Virus record (IMG/VR): IMGVR_UViG_3300028388_004772
Location: 1-64,000 of that record
Strand: one strand, 5' to 3'
DNA length: 64,000 bases
From: a virus
The notes under the pieces were generated by a model. It saw only the letters and a list, made by a program, of their open reading frames with translations. It had not been told where the DNA came from and made no database searches. This document shows positions 48,263-57,000 of the stretch, one piece after another (within the stretch, counting starts at the first letter, position 1; each line of letters starts with the position of its first letter). The position numbers and the translations under genes were made by a program.

Positions 48263-49279
48263 TTATGCTCGAGCTATAATGCCACTTGCTGCATCAATGT
48301 ATCTGAATGTTTCTTTATAGACGCACTCTTCCATTTCTTGTCTATATCTATAATCGTGTTGCATAAAGCAGCCTAGTGTGCACCGATTAAAATATTCACA
48401 CGTAAGACATCCATACTTTTCCATGAAACTTTCTTCGATGGGTGAGTTATCCATTGGTTGTATGTCATGATCATACATCACTTTGTCTTCAGGCGATTGT
48501 ACAAGGTTACCACACATACACATTGTATTATCTTCTAATATAAGCTTACTGCTTCTGCAACTAATGTAGTTCGTTTGCCTTTCAATCCACTCAGCAATAG
48601 GGCTAAGTTTAGGGTAGTTGTTTATAAAGTATTTGAATACAGCATATAGCTCATGATCAGTTGGTGCTTGGTGGTGTGCTGTTTTGTCTGGCATGTAGTA
48701 GTCAGCGTACAGATAGAATCCATCTCTATAGAATTGATCTAAGTTTTTATCTCCTTTAAGAAATGCTTTGATGTTCTGTTTAGTCAACAAAAGACCAATA
48801 CCATCCAAATGCTCTTGAAAGTAGTATAAGTTTTTCTTGAACAATGCTAAGTCTTTTTTATTGAATCTACCAGAGGGATCGTAGCTAGTAAAAAGAGTAG
48901 AAGGAATTGCTTTTAATAGAGTTTCTATTAGGTCAATTTTAGTTGTGACGAGATTTGTTACCCAATTGACAGACGTATTAATGTTATATTTCTCACCAAG
49001 GTCAAAAATCCCTTGAGCAAGTTTTATATAATCTTGGTTGAGCTTTTCATTATAGATTGAGTCAGCGAATATTTCTCCACCCATAATATTAAAAACTACA
49101 GATGATTTTTTCTCTTCTAGAAGAAACTGCTCAATTGGCTCAAGCTTTTCAAGAACCGTATCGATCCCTGTCAGATTACCATGATCTTGCCAACAAAACG
49201 AGCAAGAGAGATTACAAAACTCAAAAAGATGAATGGTGTACTCTTGTTGGTGATCTCTCTTTGCATCTAATAAAATCAT
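48263..49279 (-). CDS. Radical SAM enzyme with SPASM-like domain
   Basis: CNLSCSFC, MGGE, SC...CMC, CLTCEYFNRCTLGC...EC. Confidence 0.9.
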   Translation of the reverse strand: MILLDAKRDHQQEYTIHLFEFCNLSCSFCWQDHGNLTGIDTVLEKLEPIEQFLLEEKKSSVVFNIMGGEIFADSIYNEKLNQDYIKLAQGIFDLGEKYNINTSVNWVTNLVTTKIDLIETLLKAIPSTLFTSYDPSGRFNKKDLALFKKNLYYFQEHLDGIGLLLTKQNIKAFLKGDKNLDQFYRDGFYLYADYYMPDKTAHHQAPTDHELYAVFKYFINNYPKLSPIAEWIERQTNYISCRSSKLILEDNTMCMCGNLVQSPEDKVMYDHDIQPMDNSPIEESFMEKYGCLTCEYFNRCTLGCFMQHDYRYRQEMEECVYKETFRYIDAASGIIARA

Positions 49280-50337
49280 CTCAAACTATAATTTTTCAGC
49301 TTCTCAGGATTTGTTCTATATAAAGTTCTGCAGTACGAAATAAAGATTGTATTGATCTTACCCATTCTACCTATATCGGTAGAACTAACATGAGTAGCAT
49401 CGGTCTTACATTCTAAAAACTCTTTGATCACCTTGTTCAGTTGAGTGTCGGTAAGCTCACCTTTCATGATTGAATTCAAATATGGAATCTCATCGTCAAG
49501 TGTTTTAAACATCGCGATTGAAGATTGTGCTGATCCAGTGTTTTCTAATTTTGAACAAACATCGATTGCTGCGTTTACTATTTTCTTCGCTTGAGTGTAG
49601 GTAAGCCCTTCTAGTGTAAACTTGCCGGCCGAGCCCGCTATGTAAGGACTCTTATTAACGTCCTCAAAGCTTTTATACGTGGATGATTCAAATATTTCTT
49701 TAAAGAAATTTAAAGACGAATAATTAGAAACATCTAATAATTCGCCTGTGTTGCCAAGAATCTTCTGTAGCTCATCATCTAGAATGTTTAACTCCATGTG
49801 TTGCATCAAACACATCAATCCGTCATCAATTTCTCTACGCATGAACGTAGCAAATGTTTTCTTAAGATTAGATTTGTATCGTGTGTCACCATTTACTTGA
49901 CTAGCAACCATAAATTCTAGCGAAGGAGTATATTGGTAACTTGACAGGTCCAGCTCCGGAGCTTCATCCCAATAATTAATAAGAAAATCTTTCATGCCTT
50001 CACATGATTCATTATACAATTCTCGGTGCTTTACGATACACTCAGCATATATCACCCAATCGTCAGCACTCATATTCGTAGCTGATTTATACCACGTGGC
50101 AGCGATCTTCGCAAATGATTCTATATCAGCATGAATAGCTCTCTTATCATTAGCCAACAGCATATGTAAAAATAAATTTTCTGCATCTTCAAAATCAAAT
50201 GATGGAGCAATGAATTGCTCCTCAGGTTTCAAATCTTCTTTAATAGTATCTGACCAATCAAAATATGCACCGCCAATCTTAGTGTTGTACAACACATCAG
50301 GTGTGTCTAAATAAATTCTATTAAACAGGTGTAGCAT
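49276..50337 (-). CDS. Hypothetical protein of the cluster, 353 aa
   Basis: Start MLHLFNRIY at 50337 overlaps the upstream TGA. Confidence 0.7.
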   Translation of the reverse strand: MLHLFNRIYLDTPDVLYNTKIGGAYFDWSDTIKEDLKPEEQFIAPSFDFEDAENLFLHMLLANDKRAIHADIESFAKIAATWYKSATNMSADDWVIYAECIVKHRELYNESCEGMKDFLINYWDEAPELDLSSYQYTPSLEFMVASQVNGDTRYKSNLKKTFATFMRREIDDGLMCLMQHMELNILDDELQKILGNTGELLDVSNYSSLNFFKEIFESSTYKSFEDVNKSPYIAGSAGKFTLEGLTYTQAKKIVNAAIDVCSKLENTGSAQSSIAMFKTLDDEIPYLNSIMKGELTDTQLNKVIKEFLECKTDATHVSSTDIGRMGKINTIFISYCRTLYRTNPEKLKNYSLR

Positions 50338-50969
50338 CAGTTTGCCTCTTGTACTTCTTGAATATTGCCGGATGCAATTGCCCATGTAAGGAGAAACATT
50401 GGGTTATTCTCATTAGCCCAGTAAGAAAATAAATTATTTCCTTTAAACATGTAATCGTTAAAGTAACTTGAAAAATATGTAAGATTATTTGGATTTACTT
50501 TTTTGAACAACAAATAAAAATCTTTATTCTTAACCAAACTTATGAAGTTTATTCCTGTTAAATCTTTTGTATCATCTTCTGGAAATTGTTTAACCCAATT
50601 TTGCATTTCTTCAGAATTAACTGAATATATGTTAAAAAGAGTTAATGAATCGATTTTTCTTTCCCAAGATAACAATTCTTCTTTATTATCTACATCTTCA
50701 CCCATCTTTAATTTGCCTAACATAGCTATGACGACAGTTTCAAGAGACGGAATGTTTACTAACACTTGAGTTTTTAAATAATCCCCAACAAACTCTTGAT
50801 CAAAGTTAATTACATCACATGGAAGATCTAAATTACCTAAGTACGTTAATAATCTATCACCCCGTAACTCAGAATTTTGATAATCAATAATAAAGTATGT
50901 TTCTTTATCTTCAAAATACTTTTTCAAATCATCAATTGCAATTGGTGCAGTTGTATCAATAACATTCAT
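50337..50969 (-). CDS. Hypothetical protein of the cluster, 210 aa
   Basis: Coupled (TAATG) directly after the CHxS-repeat protein. Confidence 0.75.
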   Translation of the reverse strand: MNVIDTTAPIAIDDLKKYFEDKETYFIIDYQNSELRGDRLLTYLGNLDLPCDVINFDQEFVGDYLKTQVLVNIPSLETVVIAMLGKLKMGEDVDNKEELLSWERKIDSLTLFNIYSVNSEEMQNWVKQFPEDDTKDLTGINFISLVKNKDFYLLFKKVNPNNLTYFSSYFNDYMFKGNNLFSYWANENNPMFLLTWAIASGNIQEVQEAN

Positions 50970-51568
50970 TATCTTCTACCTCTTGAAGAGTGACACGAGG
51001 AGTGGCAGCTAGCGTGACAAACATTTCGTGTTAAAGTAATAGTGTTATCTCTTTCGCTGTTATATGCAGCTCTAAAATTACTAAAAAGAGTTTCCAAATT
51101 ATCATCGTCAATTATCTCGCCTGCGGAAACGCTAGCATTATCTGGATCGGTGATAGTTTGTAAATAATCATCTGATAAGTATGCAACTTGGGTTTGGTCA
51201 AACACAATACCAAACGTACCAATAGGTCCTTTGTCCGTATTCGATGTGCCAGATACTCCAGTAACGTTTAATCTAGCTCTAACTTTACGTATGGATGTAT
51301 ACCGATTTGTTTCTGTAACAAGTGCATTGTAAATTGCATTAGCATCTATCAATTCACTTCCGTCAGCTTTAATATCATCCCCATCAATGCTAATTGATTT
51401 TCCGTCTGAATTGCCACCCATAAATGCATCAGTAAGCACAGTAACACCTGAATACGTAGGATTTGTATTTGTAGCCCATACAATCCCACCATTTGCATGA
51501 TCCACTACAAATTCTTTGAATCGATTCACTATATTCTGGGCTGTGACTGGATTAGTTAATGTAGCCAT
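50969..51568 (-). CDS. Putative modification substrate/precursor with a C-terminal (CHxS)3-RGRR tail
   Basis: 199 aa ending VCHASCHSSCHSSRGRR; all three Cys lie in the tail; adjacent to a radical SAM/SPASM gene. Confidence 0.75.
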   Translation of the reverse strand: MATLTNPVTAQNIVNRFKEFVVDHANGGIVWATNTNPTYSGVTVLTDAFMGGNSDGKSISIDGDDIKADGSELIDANAIYNALVTETNRYTSIRKVRARLNVTGVSGTSNTDKGPIGTFGIVFDQTQVAYLSDDYLQTITDPDNASVSAGEIIDDDNLETLFSNFRAAYNSERDNTITLTRNVCHASCHSSCHSSRGRR

Positions 51569-52571
51569 TTATTTCTTCATCCATCTTTATCATTAATAAC
51601 TTTGGAGCCGGACATACATCATCTTCCCATTCAAGCTGATGGCAGTCTCCTTTACAGTATTTATACATGTTACAGGTGTAACACCTTGGATCTCTTGTTA
51701 GCTCTTGGGCAATGATTTCACACCGTTTTGGCTTATTAAGCACATTTAACCCATCGTCAATATGTCCATACACTTCTTCAGGAGCAGCGTTTGGGCAACC
51801 TGATATAGACCCATCGGCATTAATTGTAAATAATTTCTGTTCACAATCACGACAAAAAGTACCAGCTGAGTTAAAATTGTCTTCGAACTTTGTATATATG
51901 TTTTCTAAAAAGTCATTTCTAAACCAAGCTCTTGCATCATAGCGTTTAGTTTGTTCATACATTTTTAAAAACCAGCGCTGGAGCTCCAGATTAGTAGGAA
52001 AAATTATTGGATTTTTTCTTGCTGATCCGTTTAAGGTTAATCTTTCGAGTGCTAATTCCTGCACTCCTAGTTTTTTTACAAATTTAAGAAGATCTATTGG
52101 TTCCATATCTATAACTGATCTACTAAGAGAAACAAACAATTTAATTGTATAACCGCGGTCAAGCAGCAATTTGATATTGTGTTCCCACAGATCGATTTGT
52201 TTTTTATTCTCAAATCGAATGTCTGAATCCCACGACGTTCCAATACGTTTATTTAACGCATTATCCATAAAGTCTAATTTATCATCAGTAAGCTTAAAAA
52301 CAAGATTTGTTGTAGCTCCGTAGCTAAATCCATTAGCTTTTGTGCGATGATAAAAATCCCACATGCTTTCTATAGAGGCGAGAAATGGTTCACCTCCATG
52401 AAACTCAAAATGGCCTGTCCTTCCACTTGTTAACAAATTGCACCAATCTGCAGTTTTTTTAGAATCAAAAAATATCTTTCTACCATTCTTTCCAGAAGTA
52501 AAGCAGTGACTACAATTAAGATTACACGTCTCAGTAGTTTTAATGTAAAACATCAGGTCATTTTTAATCAT
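51552..52571 (-). CDS. Radical SAM/SPASM enzyme
   Basis: YIKTTETCNLNCSHC, FHGGEP, CRDC, GCPN, CYTCNMYKYCKGDC, CP. Confidence 0.93.
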   Translation of the reverse strand: MIKNDLMFYIKTTETCNLNCSHCFTSGKNGRKIFFDSKKTADWCNLLTSGRTGHFEFHGGEPFLASIESMWDFYHRTKANGFSYGATTNLVFKLTDDKLDFMDNALNKRIGTSWDSDIRFENKKQIDLWEHNIKLLLDRGYTIKLFVSLSRSVIDMEPIDLLKFVKKLGVQELALERLTLNGSARKNPIIFPTNLELQRWFLKMYEQTKRYDARAWFRNDFLENIYTKFEDNFNSAGTFCRDCEQKLFTINADGSISGCPNAAPEEVYGHIDDGLNVLNKPKRCEIIAQELTRDPRCYTCNMYKYCKGDCHQLEWEDDVCPAPKLLMIKMDEEINGYIN

Positions 52572-52948
52572 TCGTCACCGATCGACAACATTACAGAATC
52601 ATACTTATTGATTGCTTCATGAGGTGTATTGGCTGGTATAAGTAGAGTGTCTGTAATCTCTAACTCTTTACCATTTATTATCATTGTCTTCGTCCCCGAT
52701 AGCACTTTTAATTGTACATCATATGGGTCAATATGACAACGAAAACTTACAGCATTTTTTGGGGAAATGTATAGGTGGACAGTCTTGGGACAGTACTCTG
52801 TATAGTACGACTCTAATCCCTCAACCTTTATTGTCTTTTTATTTTCAGCAATATAATAACCAACCTGATCTAGTGTTATCTCATGATCAAGTTGGTTCTC
52901 ATCAATTATGTAAGCCTTAGTACCATACTTTAAAATTTCAGATAACAT
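52568..52948 (-). CDS. Cupin/JmjC-like oxygenase
   Basis: HLYISP....SF..HIDPYDV......G.K, L.IPA.TPH.A; resembles the minimal core of JmjC/ROX-type hydroxylases. Confidence 0.75.
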   Translation of the reverse strand: MLSEILKYGTKAYIIDENQLDHEITLDQVGYYIAENKKTIKVEGLESYYTEYCPKTVHLYISPKNAVSFRCHIDPYDVQLKVLSGTKTMIINGKELEITDTLLIPANTPHEAINKYDSVMLSIGDE

Positions 52949-53829
52949 TCAACTATTTTTACTTCCTCAAAATTATTGCTTTGTAAAGCAATGCCAACCA
53001 TTGGACCAGTACCTGTTACTGATGCGAGACCAGGAGAACAAGCGTATACCACATCTCCTTTCGCTACAGTCCCCTTGATTCTGACAGGTACCCTTCCGAC
53101 AAGGGCTACTGATTGACCCTCAGAAGAAGAATTCATTATATATGCGGGATTTGTTGAAATGACCCCAGTAACCTCTTTACCAGAAGTCCATGGCTCCATT
53201 TCATCATCTTTGTTGGTACCTATTGTCATTACAGTCCCTGGGGGCTGAATGGTCTCCGTTGTATATTTCTCGGCTACGTCAGCATATTGTGCTTGAGTAG
53301 CAGTAGCGGTAATTATATTGGCACTAAAATTGCTCGAATCATCACGAAATACAATTGTATTTGCAGTATTGTCCGCAGTAGCATTTGATGTAACAGTAAA
53401 TGTTCCTCCGTTCGAGCTAACGCTACCAGAAATACCATTACCTGATGTTGCACCTACAGCTACGTAGTTGCCAATTGTAAACTCACCTGTAATTGAATCA
53501 TAATTTAGCCCATTACCCGAGGAAAATAAGCTTCTAGTACTTTGCGCATCTACAGAGCCTGTAAGAGTAAATATACCAGAACCGCTATTGTAAGATAAAG
53601 AAACGCCAGTAGCTTGGTCATCCACGCTAATCGATTGTCTTGATATAGTAGTAAGTTCACCTGAATCATCAAAGGCGCTGACTATATTTCTTACTGTGTT
53701 AATAGCATCAACAACATTACTATCACCTGTCACTAAATTATCGACATTTCCAACATCATTAGAAATAGTATTTGTCTTAGTGACAAATACCGACATAGTG
53801 TCTGACAGGTTAACATTAGTTATAGCCAT
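52930..53829 (-). CDS. Fibre/spike protein with C-terminal intramolecular chaperone (autocleaving) domain
   Basis: AQYADVAEKY, PGTV..IG, GVISTNPAY.MN, VAL.GRVPV...G.V.KGD. Confidence 0.8.
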   Translation of the reverse strand: MAITNVNLSDTMSVFVTKTNTISNDVGNVDNLVTGDSNVVDAINTVRNIVSAFDDSGELTTISRQSISVDDQATGVSLSYNSGSGIFTLTGSVDAQSTRSLFSSGNGLNYDSITGEFTIGNYVAVGATSGNGISGSVSSNGGTFTVTSNATADNTANTIVFRDDSSNFSANIITATATQAQYADVAEKYTTETIQPPGTVMTIGTNKDDEMEPWTSGKEVTGVISTNPAYIMNSSSEGQSVALVGRVPVRIKGTVAKGDVVYACSPGLASVTGTGPMVGIALQSNNFEEVKIVECYLKF

Positions 53830-53835
53830 TTTAGA

Positions 53836-54069
53836 TTACCTATTTTTCTCGACTAATTGTACCAATAAATCTTTGATTTCTTTTATCTCGTCTTTAAGAT
53901 CTTCGACCTCATTGGCGAGCGACAGCTGCTGTTCTTTTTGCTGCTTCATTAATTGTTTTCTCTTTCGGGCCGCTTCAATTTCAGCCTTGTTTGTATTGAT
54001 GACAACATTTGTTTCTGTGTCTCTTACAAAACCCGAAAGATTTTCCACTTCCTTATACTGCAAGTGCAA
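53836..54069 (-). CDS. Small coiled-coil protein
   Basis: VE....FVRD..T..VINTN, EV..LK.EI.EIK.LL; typical gene after VrlC-like proteins. Confidence 0.75.
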   Translation of the reverse strand: MHLQYKEVENLSGFVRDTETNVVINTNKAEIEAARKRKQLMKQQKEQQLSLANEVEDLKDEIKEIKDLLVQLVEKNR

Positions 54070-57000
54070 TGGCCCTCAAGTCCTTCAATACTGGGATGTA
54101 TGAAGTACTTGTGGATTCCATTACAATCTTAATCTGGAAGGATGTGAATGCTGGCAATTGGCCACCTTCACCACCAATCAAGTACTCATACTCTCTGAAC
54201 ACCAATACCTCATCAGAAGGCACAGTTGTAGTAGCGCTCGCGAGCTGCCAACTAGTATCCCTAATTGTCTCTGCGTCAGTAGATGTTCTGTAGTAAACTT
54301 TAAAGTTACCAGCAGATGGTCTGTACGCTGCAAAGAACAACTTAATACCAACAGCCTCTTCTGCCAACGTTGCAACAGTTGTAATGTGCTTCGAAGCTGA
54401 TGAGCCATTGTATGGATCGGTTTCATCTACAATCGAAATTGGTACATTGAAACCAGATGTGTTGGACGAATCTTGCTTATCAATAGAGTTCTCAATAAAT
54501 GTCATCGAAGCTCTTTGAAGATCAAGAATTGGAGATACTTTAGTATCGCTTGTTGACAAAGTCAACTTAATCGTAGCAGCATCTGCAACCTGGTTCTTCG
54601 AGTTAGGAATTAGCTTAGGAGCCTGTGTTCCATTCACCTCATTAATAATGATTGGGGTGAAAGAAGATGCCACACTATAAGCTGAGTTGGTTGCCTCGTT
54701 ACGATCAGTACCCCAACTTGCTCCACTTGTCAACTTAATACTACCAGAAATACCAGTATTATTAGGTGTTAGGGTTTGTACCGTTGTGAAGTACTCATTG
54801 AACATGAACTGCTGAGTAGACTTAACATTTGTTCCACCCGTGCGAATTGATCCTGTTGCTGCTGAATCAGCTGCAAAAGTATATCCAGTCCAGTCAGTAT
54901 TAATGATTGTTCTATCACCAAGCATCGACGCACCTTTAATTCCAGCATATGTCGATCCTGAATCTAAGCCATACAAAGCCACTGTATCATTCTTAACAAA
55001 TCCATGGCCTTCATGGAACACACGAATAGTCGTAGAACCTGAATCAGTTAGAATTGGATCACTACCGAGCAAATACAATGGTGGTTGTGCATTGGTTAGG
55101 TAAGCATCACCTGAGCTGCTAAATTCAGCACGGTTAATTCTAAACATCAAATCTCTATTCTGATCTGGTGTCCAGGTTGTACCGTTTTGTGATCTATACA
55201 ATGAACCAAGAGTTGGTTGCTTCGATACTCTTGCATCCGTAGATCCAAGAACAAAATCATATGTCTTGGCAACATAGACTGTGTAGTCTGTAGTCTCTGC
55301 TGCAACCACTATTGCATACTCTTGACCAGGGGCCAGGTAAATTGGCTCGTCAAATGTAAATGTTGTTGGAGCTGCTCTTACACTTTCAAGGTCTTCTAAA
55401 TCAGCAGGAATTGATACTTCAGTTGGTGATAGATATTTGACAGCACCTGGTAACGGATATGCTAAAGGTGTGCCGTTCTCTACTCCACGAATTTGAACCT
55501 GTACAGGTTGACCTCCAGTTGGAGCCTTTGTTCTAAAGAATACATCAACACTTGTTACAAAGATACCAGATGGGTTCTCTGTTTGTGATACAAAGAATGA
55601 TTGGGCAACTGGGTCCCAGAAACAGAAAATCGATTTCTTCTTAACAACAATTGTCTGAACATCAATCTCTCGTGTTACTTTAAGTGTTCTTTCTCTTACT
55701 TCCAATACACCAGTTGATGTAAAGATGTCTTGACACAATGATGTTGCGTTGTCATCATTATCAGCTGTGATATCAAGAAGTTTGAGAATCTTTGATCCAG
55801 TTCTGAATTTGATTGCATTAGTAGAAGGAATGAAGAATGATCCTTCAATTTTACCCTCAGCATCTGAGATCAAACGACTCTTACCCTCAGGATGCTCAGT
55901 TGCTCTTTGATAGATATTACCATAATCTTCAGTAGTAGAACTGTATCGTACAAATGATTCTTCTCGAACCCAATCAGCAACACTAACACCATTAAAGAAG
56001 GCAAAATGTTCTGTGTTCGGTTTTAATCCTTGAGCCTTAAAGTATACTTTCTTAGATCTCATGTAAGGAATAAGGAATGTTTCTATTACTCTGTTGCCAA
56101 CCTGCTCAATAATAATATCATCTCTGACTACAGCTTCGTTTGATGCAATTGATACGCTTGGTTGATCATCAATCAATGCATTGACGGCAGCTGCTGTGGC
56201 AGAGCTTGCAGCTGCAAGACTAGCTGCAGTGAGATAATTACCTGCCATTAGCTGACCGAGTGCAGTTGTGGAAAGAGAGAATCCAGTACTTGCAGCTCCA
56301 ACACCAGTAGCAGCTCCTCCTGCAGTTCCTCCACCAAGTAGTCCAAAACCACCCGTTTTTGCTGCTATTACCAAGGCAACTGCTATACCAAACCAGCCAC
56401 CAAAGGTTCTTTGAACAACCGTTCGAGTACCCACATTTCTCTTCTTGACACCACCATCAATTAGAACGTCCGGTAAGAATGCTTGCTCAATCCAGTCGTC
56501 CGATGCTGGGGAAAGCTGAAGAGTACCAGTGTTGATAATAACTTCAAATGGGTTAACATTAATTGCTTCGTTACACAAATCTTGATATGAAAACTGAGTT
56601 TCTGTGTACGGAAGAGTAACAAGATCACCTGTCTTATTAGTTGTCTGACTGACGCCATCTGAATCGAAGAACAGCCGCACATTACCATAGTAAATCGCTG
56701 GCGTAATAACTTTGGCCGATGGATCCAAAGCAGCTCTATAGCTAACATTGTCCACATCAGAAAAAACAAAATCCTTGAAGTTATCAGCAAAGAATCCTGA
56801 CTTAGTTCTTTGCAATCCGTTTGAATCTAGTACAGATAATGTCGATGTATTCAATTCAAGCAAACTCAGAGAGGTAACATCTGCTAACTTGTTTATTCTT
56901 TTTTCAAGTGAACCGATGTCTTTCATCGTATATCTTCTATTATTAATGAAAGATAGGTTTACATCAGAATCACTCAAAGTGTATGGAGGAAGAGTTATAT

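Noticed and set aside
50972-51019. CHASCH/CHSSCH as c-type heme attachment sites
   Set aside because: Spacing is CX3CH rather than canonical CXXCH, there is no signal peptide, and no cytochrome c maturation genes are nearby; kept only as a minor alternative.
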